A stretch of 64,000 nt of DNA from an uncultured Candidatus Saccharibacteria bacterium (GCA_964359735.1 CAYHTZ010000005.1:3882-67881), one strand, 5' to 3'; shown: positions 27,293 to 37,411, counted from the stretch's first letter. Notes: a model not told the origin generated them from the letters alone. Program-made: numbers and translations.

Positions 27293-28486
27293 TTAGGAAA
27301 GATACTTTCTCGGGTTTACAGGATTTGGAGAGCGGACCTCAAAATGCAAATGTGCACCAGTGGACAGCCCAGCTCCTCGCCCGATTCCCCCACTATACCC
27401 AACTATTTGCCCCCGTGTCACCATTTGCCCTTCGTTAACGGCGAACCCGGAGAGGTGCCCATACACAGTGGTTACATTATCGCCATGGAGAATCATGAGG
27501 TAGCTGTAGTTGTTGTCCCCTGAGTCATGTACCCGCGCGACGTACCCGTCGGCCGCCGCTTTCACAGGAGTGCCTAGATACGTAGGAATATCAATGCCGC
27601 TGTGGGGGCCGATCAAATACGCATAGGGGTAGCCCCCACAGTGAAATTCGCAAGAAACGCCGAAGATAGGATCAACGGGCCATTCCATAGTCCCTACCGA
27701 GGGCAGGTTGCCCAGGCCTTGCTTGCGGAGTTCTTCACGAATGGCGGCGTCGATTGCTCTGATTTCCGACTCAGCTGCCTTGTGGGCTGACTGAGCTTCT
27801 TTAAGCAGTGTCTGATATTGAGCTTCTTGCGCGTTGGTCAAGTCAAGAATCCTCTGCTTTGAAGCAATTTGATTTTCTAAAGTCTGTTGTTGATGTTCTT
27901 GGCGGGCGTGCAGTTCTTCCAGTGTTTGTTTAAAGTCTTCTAAGATATGCTTTTTATCTTCCAATTGCTTGCGTAGCTCCAAAATAGCGAACAGTGTTTG
28001 CTGTCCCCTACTCTGCAACTCTTCAATTGTAGCAGCCTCGCTGACAGCTTCTGAGAACGTTTGATATTTTAAAAACACCGTCACTCCTGATTGCTGATCC
28101 AAGTTATGCATCGCGCGGATGTATTCACCTAAGAGCCGCTTTTGTGCGGCTATCTGCTCTTCCTTATCCTCAATTTCTCTTTCTACTGAACCAATCTCTG
28201 ATTTGGTAGCGTCGATCTCCTGAATCGTCCGAGTAATCTCGAGTTCTAAGATATCTGCATTTCTATCGAGAACCCCGATTTGATCCTCCAAGGTCCGCGC
28301 CTCGCTCTTTTCCGTCTGAATCTTATCCTGCAGTTCCTTAATTCTTGCGTTGGTATCTTTCAGTCTCTCCTTTTTTGCTTGCAACTCTGCTCTGAGCTCC
28401 TCCACAGATTTTTCCTGCGCCGAAGCTACCGGCGCAAAAACCATGCTCAACACCAAAAAAACGCTTAGAAGGAATATCCAGCGCAT
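27293..28486 (-). CDS. M23 family metallopeptidase with N-terminal coiled-coil (EnvC/LytM-like murein hydrolase)
   Basis: Signal peptide; long coiled coil; C-terminal HxxxD and HLHFEVR M23 motifs (HSGIDIP, TGAHLHFEVR). Confidence 0.8.
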   Translation of the reverse strand: MRWIFLLSVFLVLSMVFAPVASAQEKSVEELRAELQAKKERLKDTNARIKELQDKIQTEKSEARTLEDQIGVLDRNADILELEITRTIQEIDATKSEIGSVEREIEDKEEQIAAQKRLLGEYIRAMHNLDQQSGVTVFLKYQTFSEAVSEAATIEELQSRGQQTLFAILELRKQLEDKKHILEDFKQTLEELHARQEHQQQTLENQIASKQRILDLTNAQEAQYQTLLKEAQSAHKAAESEIRAIDAAIREELRKQGLGNLPSVGTMEWPVDPIFGVSCEFHCGGYPYAYLIGPHSGIDIPTYLGTPVKAAADGYVARVHDSGDNNYSYLMILHGDNVTTVYGHLSGFAVNEGQMVTRGQIVGYSGGIGRGAGLSTGAHLHFEVRSPNPVNPRKYLS

Positions 28487-28639
28487 CTCGAATATTATCG
28501 CACCTTCTCCCCTATATTGACAACCTCTGCAAAAGTCCGTGATTCAAATCAAAAAATTCCCATCAACGAAGCCCCAACCATACCGATAACCACCATCGCC
28601 GTCAGGATGATGTACACAATCCGCACCCACTTTTTCATT

Positions 28640-29968
28640 CTAGCCATGAAGTTTTTCTAGTGCCTTATTGATTCTAAGTACAGTTTCATTCTGGCCCAAA
28701 ACCGCACTGACTTCAAATGGCCCAGGGGAATTTTCTTTGCCTGTTAAGGCTACTCGCATAGGCCAGAGCGTGTCTCCCCTACCCAATTTGTGTTCATCGA
28801 TCCAAGCAATTAATGCTTTTTCTAGCTTTTCTTCTGTAAAAGCATCCGCTGGAAGATTTTCTAATTTGTCTTTGAGCTGGTTTAGCAGCTTCACGGTTGT
28901 TTCTTTGTCGCTCTTCTTCCAAATAAGAATTTCGGCCGGGTAATCTGCTAGCCAGTCGAGCAGAAAGAATTCAATTGCCTCAGCTAGCTCTTTCAGCGTC
29001 GCCACGCGCTCTTGCTCTGTTTGAAGCGCCGCAGTAAGATACTCCCTTTTTACACCTCCGGGGTGTAAAAAGGGTAACGTCCGCTCATACAACTCTTCAC
29101 TAGAGAGCTTACGTAGGTAGTGCTTGTTCATTGCCTGTAACTTTTCTATCGAAAATATTGCCCCAGGTTTTTGAATGCCATCCAAGGTGAAGGCTTGAAT
29201 CAATTCTTCGCGATTCAGGTACTCCCTATCATCTTTGGGGCTCCAGCCCAGCTGCGCCAAGTAATTCATCATGGCCTCTGGCAGGTAGCCCAGATCCCGG
29301 TACGCCAAGAGGCTTGTTTCCCCACTCCTCTTGGAAAGTTTTCTGCGCTGCTCATCCAGGAGTAAAGGCATGTGGGCGTACTGTGGGGTTGGGTACTCAA
29401 GCGCGCGCTGTATCAAGATATGGCGCGCGGTGTTGCTGAGGTGGTCTTCTCCCCGGATTACATGCGTAATACGCATCTCGGCATCATCAACTACTACTGC
29501 CAAGTGAAACACTGGGTCTCCGCTTGAGCGGGCAATGACAAAATCCCCACCCCAGACGTCGGTATGGGTCTTGACCATCCCCCGTACAAGGTCTTCGAAC
29601 ACTACTTCTTGTGGCTCGACGGATAGGTATACCGCACCCTCCTTTTTGTAGGCCTTCCCTTCTTCTAGGAGCTTAGCAATTGCGTCTTTATGATTTTGTA
29701 CCCGTTCCGTATCCCGATATGGGCCGTATTCGCCGCCGACGTCAGGCCCTTCGTCCCACGTGATTCCGAGCCACGTAAATCCTTCTAAAATATTTTGCTC
29801 GTATTCCGGTTTTGAGCGCGTCTTATCTGTATCTTCAATGCGCACGACAAATTTTCCGCCTTCATGGCGAGCAAAAAGTTCATTGAACAACGCTGCCCGT
29901 GCCGTGCCCACATGTAAGTTTCCCGTTGGGCTCGGCGCAATCCGCACTCTCAGGTCATGCTTATTCAT
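28640..29968 (-). CDS. gltX: glutamyl-tRNA synthetase
   Basis: VRIAPSPTGNLHVGTARAALFN (HIGH region) and KLSKRSG (KMSKS). The ORF track extends 13 codons further upstream to 30007; the ATG at 29968 (MNKHDLRV) matches the usual N-terminus. Confidence 0.85.
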   Translation of the reverse strand: MNKHDLRVRIAPSPTGNLHVGTARAALFNELFARHEGGKFVVRIEDTDKTRSKPEYEQNILEGFTWLGITWDEGPDVGGEYGPYRDTERVQNHKDAIAKLLEEGKAYKKEGAVYLSVEPQEVVFEDLVRGMVKTHTDVWGGDFVIARSSGDPVFHLAVVVDDAEMRITHVIRGEDHLSNTARHILIQRALEYPTPQYAHMPLLLDEQRRKLSKRSGETSLLAYRDLGYLPEAMMNYLAQLGWSPKDDREYLNREELIQAFTLDGIQKPGAIFSIEKLQAMNKHYLRKLSSEELYERTLPFLHPGGVKREYLTAALQTEQERVATLKELAEAIEFFLLDWLADYPAEILIWKKSDKETTVKLLNQLKDKLENLPADAFTEEKLEKALIAWIDEHKLGRGDTLWPMRVALTGKENSPGPFEVSAVLGQNETVLRINKALEKLHG

Positions 29969-30536
29969 ACAATAGCTTTCGCAGCGCTTCTCTTTTCTTT
30001 GAGTCAACCTGCGCCTCCAGCAGCTTTACGCGCAGCATCCAGTCGCGCAACTTGGGGTTTTGCCCAAGGGCCAAAAATTCTTCAAATGAATATGTTACTT
30101 CCCTCATTCTCTCCCCTGGCTCCGGCCGCGCTTCTCCGGCGCGCTTGAGGCTGCGCGCAATAAACCCATATGTCACCATTTCCATCTTGGTGCTCGGGCG
30201 GTAGGCAAACCACTCTCTAATCTCCCCGATCTCAAACCCTGTCTCCTCCAAGAACTCTCGCCTCAGCGCCTCCTCTGGCGTTTCTCCCTCGTCTACCTTG
30301 CCTCCCGCGGGGGTAAGGACTGCTTCCCTATCTGGCTGCTCGTCATACAGAAGCATAATCCGGCTATCTTCCAGCACCCCCACGCCAAAGGCGTAATCCG
30401 GCCGCGCAATACGCTCAAAGGTGGCATAGCTGCCGTCGTAGAGCTCCTGTTCCCATTGCCAAACGCTGAAAATTTTGCCCTGGAAAACCTTCTTCGCATC
30501 CACCGGGAGAGGCTTCTGGTAACCGTCGATTTCCAT
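29961..30536 (-). CDS. NUDIX hydrolase
   Basis: Nudix box GGKVDEGETPEEALRREFLEETG. Confidence 0.75.
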   Translation of the reverse strand: MEIDGYQKPLPVDAKKVFQGKIFSVWQWEQELYDGSYATFERIARPDYAFGVGVLEDSRIMLLYDEQPDREAVLTPAGGKVDEGETPEEALRREFLEETGFEIGEIREWFAYRPSTKMEMVTYGFIARSLKRAGEARPEPGERMREVTYSFEEFLALGQNPKLRDWMLRVKLLEAQVDSKKREALRKLLYE

Positions 30537-30598
30537 AGCATTAGTGTAGCAAAAAGCCCCGCACTTAGCGGAGCTTTTTACCTTCCCCTATTTTTCTT

Positions 30599-31222
30599 CT
30601 ATTCCAGCACGTACGTGTATTGAGTGAGGTTGTTGAGCTGCCGCGGGGTTAGCTCCCCGGCCGCTGCCACTGCTTCTTCAATGAGTCCAAAAGAAACCGT
30701 CTGATTTTCGCCTACTTCCAGCCGTGGCGACTCCATTTTTTTCTGGATGTAGTCTTCGATAAAGATGCGGTGCTCGTTGGTAACCGAGTATCCTGGGTTA
30801 TTCTGAGTGAGCCAGCGAGTTGCAGCACGCCGCGCTAAGTGTGTCATACCGTCCCCCGCCTCAGCTGCCTCCACATATCCCTCGGCGGTGGTGGTAACTT
30901 GCGGAAGCGCTTCGCTTTGCTCAGTGAGAACCTCTCGAGCGACAGGTTCTGGCGTAGCGGCTGTGCTTACTTCTTCCGCGCCGGCAGGCGCGGAAGCCTC
31001 CTCCGTTTGAGTTTCGGGTGTTGGGCTTTCTTCAGCCGGTCCGGCAGAGTCATTACCCGAAAAAGCGTAAATGGCTGCGGCCACTACCAAAATGATGATC
31101 AAGGCTGAAACTGTCCGCGGAGATTCTTTAAGCCGCTCCCATGCACCCGGTTGTTTTTCTGATTCGTACTCCATGCTGCTCCTCACCTCCTTCGCAAGCC
31201 ACCTCCGGTAAGGAATTGGCAC
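30599..31222 (-). CDS. hypothetical secreted/anchored protein, Ala/Glu/Pro-rich
   Basis: N-terminal TM; low-complexity acidic linker; conserved-looking C-terminal ~90 aa of unknown family. Confidence 0.4.
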   Translation of the reverse strand: MPIPYRRWLAKEVRSSMEYESEKQPGAWERLKESPRTVSALIIILVVAAAIYAFSGNDSAGPAEESPTPETQTEEASAPAGAEEVSTAATPEPVAREVLTEQSEALPQVTTTAEGYVEAAEAGDGMTHLARRAATRWLTQNNPGYSVTNEHRIFIEDYIQKKMESPRLEVGENQTVSFGLIEEAVAAAGELTPRQLNNLTQYTYVLE

Positions 31223-31255
31223 ATCTCCTCACCCTATGCTGCACGTAACTGGACG

Positions 31256-32086
31256 TCAATGTGAATAAGTGTGGATTTTCTGACGCCGAATCAGCTGCGG
31301 AAACTTCACCACGGCCTGCCAGATGCGGGGAAAGCGAGAGGGCTCGAGCAAGAGACGCCATAGCCACTCTACATTCAGGTGTCTCATCCATCGGGGGGCC
31401 CGCCTCTTTTCTTCGCTCAAGATGGCGAAGGCTCCTCCCACACCCACCGCAATTCGTACTGTGGGAAGATCCTGTCTGTGGCGCTCTATCCAAAGAGTTT
31501 GTTTTGGTGCGCCGTATGCCACCAGCAGCACCGCTGGTCCGTGTCCCTGTATATCACGGATAATCTCAGGCGGCCCCGCCACATCGAACGTATGTTCAGG
31601 GGAAACGAACACATGAAGACCAGGAAATTTTTTCTGAAGACGCCGCCGTGCCCCCTCAACTTGCGCAGCTGTCCCCCCGAGTAAGTAGAGTGGGAGTCCT
31701 TCATCAGCGCACATATCGGCAAGCGCGTATACCACTTCCACGCCGGGGATGCGCTCCACGTGCCGGAAAGAGAACGCTAAAAGGCTTGGGAAAAGCGCCC
31801 AGAACTCAGAGCGAATGTACCACTGAGCCCAGATCAACCCCGCCCCATCAGGAATACGGATATCGGCGCGCTGAACTGCCTTGCAGAACTCGTCGTCGGA
31901 TTCTGCCTCCACCACCATCTCTGGGTTTAAAGTAACAATGTGTTGAAATTCGGCGCTATGAAGCCACATTTTGCATAAGGCCAGGAAAGCTGATCGAGGC
32001 AAAAAATCGCCTGTTACCTTCCCCAGCGGCAGGTGGTCAATTTCTTCAAAATGGGATGGTAGCCTCGATTGTGTAGGTTGATCCAT
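31256..32086 (-). CDS. WecB/TagA/CpsF family glycosyltransferase (GT26)
   Basis: DGAGLIWA, LLGG, YGAPKQTLW and EWLWRLLLEPSR motifs are characteristic of the TagA/WecG family. Confidence 0.7.
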   Translation of the reverse strand: MDQPTQSRLPSHFEEIDHLPLGKVTGDFLPRSAFLALCKMWLHSAEFQHIVTLNPEMVVEAESDDEFCKAVQRADIRIPDGAGLIWAQWYIRSEFWALFPSLLAFSFRHVERIPGVEVVYALADMCADEGLPLYLLGGTAAQVEGARRRLQKKFPGLHVFVSPEHTFDVAGPPEIIRDIQGHGPAVLLVAYGAPKQTLWIERHRQDLPTVRIAVGVGGAFAILSEEKRRAPRWMRHLNVEWLWRLLLEPSRFPRIWQAVVKFPQLIRRQKIHTYSH

Positions 32087-32627
32087 GAGGGGCTAGCGTG
32101 CTGCGATAAAGATAAGCTTCTCGTATGGCATAGGCCGTACGGTGGGGCACATCGGCGATTCCGAGACGGCGCACCACTGGATAGAACTTTGCCAAACGGA
32201 TGTGAGGATGGAAAGAGCGAAATTCGACTGGGCGGGGAAAGTGAATTTTTCGCAACCGTTCGTTCAACGCTTCCCGAAGATTAAGCAGAGCAGGCGTCGG
32301 GTTAACATACGCCCACAGCTGGTCTCTGGCTTTACCCCGGCCGATGTGGCTAATGGTGATCGTGGGGACGAAGGCTTCTTTAAGCGGCAGCGTAAGTCTT
32401 CCCAGGTACTGCGCGTGGTTGCGTACGTCTCCGAAGAAAAATAATGTCAGGTGCCACTGTTCGGCAGGTACTATGCGTTCAATGTATTGTCCAAACGAAG
32501 ATTTTGCCGTTTCCTGCAGGCGGGTTTTTACCGGCTCCGGCACACTCACGCCCAGGAAGAGCCGTGCGACTGTGTCCGGCCGATCGAGCACCGAGACTGG
32601 TTCTCTTGACATCTCATCTGCCACCAT
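32046..32627 (-). CDS. 2H phosphoesterase family protein (2'-5' RNA ligase LigT/ThpR-like)
   Basis: Two H-x-T/S-x-like motifs (HLTLFFFG and HIRLAKF) in a ~190 aa protein. Assignment is tentative. Confidence 0.4.
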   Translation of the reverse strand: MVADEMSREPVSVLDRPDTVARLFLGVSVPEPVKTRLQETAKSSFGQYIERIVPAEQWHLTLFFFGDVRNHAQYLGRLTLPLKEAFVPTITISHIGRGKARDQLWAYVNPTPALLNLREALNERLRKIHFPRPVEFRSFHPHIRLAKFYPVVRRLGIADVPHRTAYAIREAYLYRSTLAPHGSTYTIEATIPF

Positions 32628-32646
32628 TTAATGGTAAGCTTGGAAC

Positions 32647-33168
32647 ATGACAGGGGGCAAGTATGCACGCTTGAGCGAAGCTGCCGCACGGCAGTATGTT
32701 TTGCATCAGCGGATGCTTCCCCTGCCGGCCTCTCTCGCTCCTGATCTTAAGCGTCAACAGGCGTGTTACATCACCGTCTACGAAGACCCGGGCCAGCGGT
32801 TTCGCTCAATTTATGGTACACCGCTCCCCACCAGCTCCTGTCTCGCTCAAGAAATTATCAATAACACCACCCAGGCGCTCGCGCGTGAGTCGCACCGGGT
32901 CGTACGCCAGGCTGACCTCAACGACCTTCATTTCGAAGTCGCTATTTTAGGACCCTTAGAGCGTATTGGCGGCCCAGAGCATCTCGATATCCGGCGGTAC
33001 GGCGTATATGTTCGCTCAGATCGCGGAAAATCATCGGTCGTGCTTCCCCATCGCGTGGGCGTAGAGACTGCCGAAGAGCAATTTGCGACCGTATTGCGGG
33101 AATCGGGAATCAACCCTCGCCACGAGGCGCATACATTTTACCGCTTTACTGTGGCGTACCACACATGA
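32647..33168 (+). CDS. AMMECR1-domain protein (AmmeMemoRadiSam system protein A-like)
   Basis: QACYITVYEDPG..FRSIYGT resembles the AMMECR1 core (ACFVTL...LRGCIG); length 173 aa. Confidence 0.4.
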   Translation: MTGGKYARLSEAAARQYVLHQRMLPLPASLAPDLKRQQACYITVYEDPGQRFRSIYGTPLPTSSCLAQEIINNTTQALARESHRVVRQADLNDLHFEVAILGPLERIGGPEHLDIRRYGVYVRSDRGKSSVVLPHRVGVETAEEQFATVLRESGINPRHEAHTFYRFTVAYHT

Positions 33169-34775
33169 GTCCGCGCTCCTCCCAGTATGTGGCTGTTTCC
33201 CCCGCTGTCCCTGTCCCTGCCGGCAAGAGGCAAGAGTTTACCTATCGTCTGGCCGGTAACACTGCTGCCCAAGTGGGATCAGCAGCGCTGATTCCGTTTG
33301 GCCGGCGCCGCGTGTTGGGGATCATTACTGGTTTTCTAAAGACAACTGCTGCCATGGAGCTTAAAGTGGCCTATCCCCTCTCGGGTCTGTCCTTGACTCC
33401 CAAACAAATGAAATTTGCTGATTGGATGGCCAAAACGATGCACGGGAGTTTTGGATACACCTTGCGCCTTTTTTTACCTCCGAGGGTAGCCCGCCCGCCC
33501 GCGCCGGCTGTTTTTCCTGCTCAGAAGCCCAAGCGGGCTCGCACAACGGATATTTCTGTTCTGGCCCACCCGGTAATCGTGGCCCTAGACGGAAACGCGC
33601 CGCGACGCCGCACACAGCTCAAAGAACTCATACAAAAAGTCGCCTCCCAGCCTGGCCAGGTTCTCGTTCTGGTACCCGAGAAAAGTTTTTTGCGAGAATG
33701 GCAGGAGTTTCCCCAGCTTCACGCAGCCCTGCCTGCCAAAGAGCTTTCCAGCCTCTGGCATGGCGCTGCCGCGGGCTCCCTGCAAGTGATAGTCGGCACC
33801 CAAAAAGCGCTGTTTTTGCCCTTCAAGAATTTGCGGCTCATTGTGGTAGACGAGGAGCAGTTTCCCACCCACAAGTTATGGGACCAGTATCCCCGTCTCG
33901 ATAACCGCGATGGAGCAGCTATGCTCGCCAAGCAACACCAGGCCGCGCTGCTTCTCTCGGCCAGCTTTCCCTCGTTGAGTCTTTACCAGCGCTTACAGAA
34001 TGATATCCCTACTCTGAGTGCGCATCTCCCGACGCTACGGGTATCTGCCTTTCCTTTTACGGGGGGAGATCGTGGACAAAGGAATGTACTGCCTCTCGAT
34101 TTCGTGGAAACGCTTAAAAGTTGGGTGAAAAAGAAGCATCACACAATGCTGCTCTTAAACCGCACCGGCAATGACGTCGAGACACTGCGCCACTCACTGC
34201 AGCATACCTTCGGTACAGGTATTAAGTATTTGACTATTGCCACTACCGGGATTTTTTCTGAGGATGCACTCCCCTCCTTTCAACACGTGGCGTGGCTATT
34301 TCCCGAAGACACCTTCACATATCCTGATTTCCGCAGTGTCGAGCGCGGGTTTATCCTACTCTCGCGTCTACAGCAACTCCTTCCCGAAGAACAATCTGTT
34401 GCCCTCGTCACACGCAATGTACTGCTTGCGCATGAACTCGCTTCTCTCGACTGGAAACAGCGCTATGAACTGCTCCTTGCCGAGCGTAAGTCGCTCCTGC
34501 TTCCCCCTTTCTCCGACGCTATTCTTTTAACAGTCCGCGATGCTAAAAAGAGGCGCTCCCACACCCTGGCCGGCCAGTTGCGTCAAACCCTTGAGACGCG
34601 TATCCGGGAAGCAAAGTTCAGCGGCACCCGCCTCCAAGGACCCTTCCAATCATTGTCCCCCGAGACACCAAACGAGTATCACCTATTGCTGTTAGGGAAA
34701 GCAGCACAGCTTGCGCCCCTGTACGAGGATCTTGCAATCGACCGCGTCGAGCTTTCTCCACGTCGTATTCTCTAA
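33165..34775 (+). CDS. PriA-like primosomal protein with degenerate helicase motifs
   Basis: N-terminal PriA 3'-DNA-binding domain pattern (VAVSPAVPVP...EFTYRL...VGSAALIPFGRRRVLGIITG). LVLVPEKSFLREWQ and LIVVDEEQ...THKLW...RD align with PriA motifs Ia/II, but the Walker A GxGKT is replaced by GNAPRRRT and the C-terminal Cys-rich zinc motifs are absent. Confidence 0.5.
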   Translation: MSPRSSQYVAVSPAVPVPAGKRQEFTYRLAGNTAAQVGSAALIPFGRRRVLGIITGFLKTTAAMELKVAYPLSGLSLTPKQMKFADWMAKTMHGSFGYTLRLFLPPRVARPPAPAVFPAQKPKRARTTDISVLAHPVIVALDGNAPRRRTQLKELIQKVASQPGQVLVLVPEKSFLREWQEFPQLHAALPAKELSSLWHGAAAGSLQVIVGTQKALFLPFKNLRLIVVDEEQFPTHKLWDQYPRLDNRDGAAMLAKQHQAALLLSASFPSLSLYQRLQNDIPTLSAHLPTLRVSAFPFTGGDRGQRNVLPLDFVETLKSWVKKKHHTMLLLNRTGNDVETLRHSLQHTFGTGIKYLTIATTGIFSEDALPSFQHVAWLFPEDTFTYPDFRSVERGFILLSRLQQLLPEEQSVALVTRNVLLAHELASLDWKQRYELLLAERKSLLLPPFSDAILLTVRDAKKRRSHTLAGQLRQTLETRIREAKFSGTRLQGPFQSLSPETPNEYHLLLLGKAAQLAPLYEDLAIDRVELSPRRIL

Positions 34776-35290
34776 CTTGGCACAGGCTTTTTTTGCTGCG
34801 AAAATCCTGGCTGGATTCGAAGAGGTAGACTCGTTACCGTTTTCTCGGGGCGAAAGATCTGTAACGTATAGGTGCCGGGTTTTTCGATTCGCCAACAGCA
34901 GAATGTGGAAGTTCCTGGTTGAAACTCCACACTCGAAGGCGAAATATCGTGGATCCCACCTCCCTTGTCTAAGAGACGCACCCCAATTTGGATTGGTTCG
35001 TGAACGTCCTCAGCGGTGGTTATGCGCAGCGCTAGTGGCTCCCCGGCGATGTAGCTTGGCTGTTGCCGCAGCACCGGATTTTCACTTTGCTCTTGTTCCG
35101 GAGTGCGCAGCCCCGCCAGCGTTATCTCGGTGATAATGGCGCTATCTCCCTCGCGGACCTGCGGCGCCCGCTGGCCCCATAGCAGGGCGGTCCACACCCC
35201 CGCCAGAATTACCAGCCCGACCACGACCGCCAAGAGAAGGTAGCGCTGCTGCTTGTGTGAAGACTTAACAATCTCGGTGAGATCTACCAT
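34772..35290 (-). CDS. hypothetical membrane-anchored protein
   Basis: N-terminal TM; no known motif. Confidence 0.4.
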   Translation of the reverse strand: MVDLTEIVKSSHKQQRYLLLAVVVGLVILAGVWTALLWGQRAPQVREGDSAIITEITLAGLRTPEQEQSENPVLRQQPSYIAGEPLALRITTAEDVHEPIQIGVRLLDKGGGIHDISPSSVEFQPGTSTFCCWRIEKPGTYTLQIFRPEKTVTSLPLRIQPGFSQQKKPVPS

Positions 35291-35304
35291 AGGCTCGTGT
35301 CCGA

Positions 35305-36378
35305 CTAGTCTGCTGCCATGGGTTTACGCCCGATGTACCGCTCCATAACTTGGCTGCCGGTGACAGCGGCCGCTAAGAGAAGCGCATACGTGAGGAGCAG
35401 TGTTGGAAGTGAAAACGGGAGAGAAGGAAAAGCACCCAAGATAAGAGCGCTGTACCACGAAACCATCGAAATAGCGCCCAGCGCGAACGCTATTCGCCTC
35501 TCCCGCTGCAGCTCTTCCTCAGGGCTCTTATGGGGATCGTCGCCAAAGGAAATGTGGATTAAGTGCGGCGTGATTTTCAAATTGAGGAAAGCGCCGTTTA
35601 CGATAACCACCGCTACCACTATCATTTTAGTGAGAAATTTGGCGGACTGGCTGTACGCAGCCGGGTCTGTCAGGAACAGGCCGACGCCGCTGAGCACTAA
35701 GAGCCCGAGGCCAAACCAAACTACCTGCGAAATAGTTTGTAAAATCCCGGCCTCGTCTTTGGAAATCTTTAAATCTCTAATGAACTTGAAGAAGAACACA
35801 TCGGCGAACAAGGCTCCGCCCACTCCCATGGCCAAGCCCACCAGGTGGACTATCAGAATAGGCGTCCGCCAGCCAACGAGCCACGGTGTGAAAATGAAAT
35901 CTGAAGCGGCCAGCGAAGTGAAAAATATGATGGTGGAAAGAATTGCAGACAAAAGACACCAAGTACAAATGCTGCGGAGGAACCCGATCTGAATGAATGT
36001 CAGGTACAGCGAGAACAGAAATGCAGCGGCCGAGAGGCCCACTATCAGGAAAACGTTGGTGGGGGTAGCTAAAGCTGGCCACGCGACCAGGGCGCCGTAC
36101 GCTACGGCAATGACCAGGTAGTAGACCATTCCTAATTTTTCTACGCCGATTCCAAAGAAGCTCGAAAATTCGCTACGTATCACGGCCTTACAGTCGCCTT
36201 TCAGGGGGCAGATCATAGGTTCCGGAGCCTTTTTCTTGTGACTCAAGTATGCGGCCAGCACAAACCCTCCAAAGGCCGCAAAAATAATGACTACTACTGG
36301 CAAAAGTTCCATGCTGCCAGTATACACAAAACTCCTGCTGTCAGCTCGCCTTCGCTCTCCGCCAAAACCAAAGCCCAA
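35305..36378 (-). CDS. vitamin K epoxide reductase (VKOR) family membrane protein with extra C-terminal transmembrane domain
   Basis: Loop cysteine pair CPLKGDC and an in-membrane CTWC (CxxC) are arranged as in bacterial VKOR homologues; ~10 TM segments. Confidence 0.5.
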   Translation of the reverse strand: MGFGFGGERRRADSRSFVYTGSMELLPVVVIIFAAFGGFVLAAYLSHKKKAPEPMICPLKGDCKAVIRSEFSSFFGIGVEKLGMVYYLVIAVAYGALVAWPALATPTNVFLIVGLSAAAFLFSLYLTFIQIGFLRSICTWCLLSAILSTIIFFTSLAASDFIFTPWLVGWRTPILIVHLVGLAMGVGGALFADVFFFKFIRDLKISKDEAGILQTISQVVWFGLGLLVLSGVGLFLTDPAAYSQSAKFLTKMIVVAVVIVNGAFLNLKITPHLIHISFGDDPHKSPEEELQRERRIAFALGAISMVSWYSALILGAFPSLPFSLPTLLLTYALLLAAAVTGSQVMERYIGRKPMAAD

Positions 36379-36793
36379 TGAGCGCTAGCAAGAGTACAAC
36401 ACCCGCTCCCCACCCCAGGCGCATATCGGAAGGCAGCGGCACCGTCACCAGCCCCGCCGCCTTGTCCGCTTGCTCTGCTAAGGAGTTGTATTCTTCAATG
36501 ACCAGCTGCGCGCCTTCGTCGCACGTGCATGATTTGGCGCATTCCTCCATCGCGGAAAGCTGTTCACGCTGTACCCTCCACGTGTCGAGCTCGCGCGTTT
36601 TCTCCTGGACCTTTTCAACGTTGTCTAAAAAATCCGGCGCTGTCTGCAGGCGGCCGATTTCGTCAAACGTACTGCGCAAATATTGCTCCACCGATTCCCG
36701 CGCGAGCGTTATCGCTTGCACGGTGGCTGTCTCGCACAACTGCATGAAGATAGTGTACCATGAGGCTCGTGACAACCGAGGCGAAAAGCCCAT
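36341..36793 (-). CDS. hypothetical protein with C-terminal TM anchor
   Basis: ORF only; cysteine-containing helical region. Confidence 0.3.
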   Translation of the reverse strand: MGFSPRLSRASWYTIFMQLCETATVQAITLARESVEQYLRSTFDEIGRLQTAPDFLDNVEKVQEKTRELDTWRVQREQLSAMEECAKSCTCDEGAQLVIEEYNSLAEQADKAAGLVTVPLPSDMRLGWGAGVVLLLALIGLWFWRRAKAS

Positions 36794-37386
36794 CCCGTAC
36801 CCGTCGCTGGACGCTTAATTTTGTTACGACCACGTTTGCAATCGCGCTCGCCCTGCTCTACGTGTTAGTACTGCGCAGTATTTCGGTGCAAATTGCTCCC
36901 CCGCCGGGGCCGCTCTCAGAACCATACCCAGACACCAGTACGCAGGAACTATGTGAAGAGGCTGGCGGCCGCTGGATTAGCCCCGTTAGAGACCCGGTCT
37001 CAGAGAGACCGGCAGTCCCGCCAGATGCGGGACTTGTCTCTAACGGGGTAGAAACGCGGTCTCCCACTCCCTATTGCCAGAGTCCCCTTGCCTTTGAGCG
37101 TGAGCGGGAAATGCAGCAAGAGAAGAGTCAGCAAACTATGCTGTTTGTCTTCGCCATTGGGGGCGCCATCGTGGTAGCGGCTAGCCTTCTGGTTGACCTG
37201 TTAAAACCCGTTGCCCCCGGCCTCATGTTGGGAGGCATTGTTTCGTTCTTTATTGCTGGCATTCAAATTTGGGTCCTCGCCCCCGGCTGGGGCCGCCTGG
37301 TTACGATTGTTGCGATCTTCTTGATTCTCGTCGGCGTGGGTCTCTACACCTTGCGTAAGGAAGAAGATAAATCATCTACCCGCTAA
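36760..37386 (+). CDS. hypothetical membrane protein
   Basis: N-terminal TM, extracytoplasmic Pro-rich segment, two C-terminal TMs. Confidence 0.35.
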   Translation: MRLVTTEAKSPSRTRRWTLNFVTTTFAIALALLYVLVLRSISVQIAPPPGPLSEPYPDTSTQELCEEAGGRWISPVRDPVSERPAVPPDAGLVSNGVETRSPTPYCQSPLAFEREREMQQEKSQQTMLFVFAIGGAIVVAASLLVDLLKPVAPGLMLGGIVSFFIAGIQIWVLAPGWGRLVTIVAIFLILVGVGLYTLRKEEDKSSTR

Positions 37387-37411
37387 TAATTTCCTGGTAT
37401 AGACTTGATCT

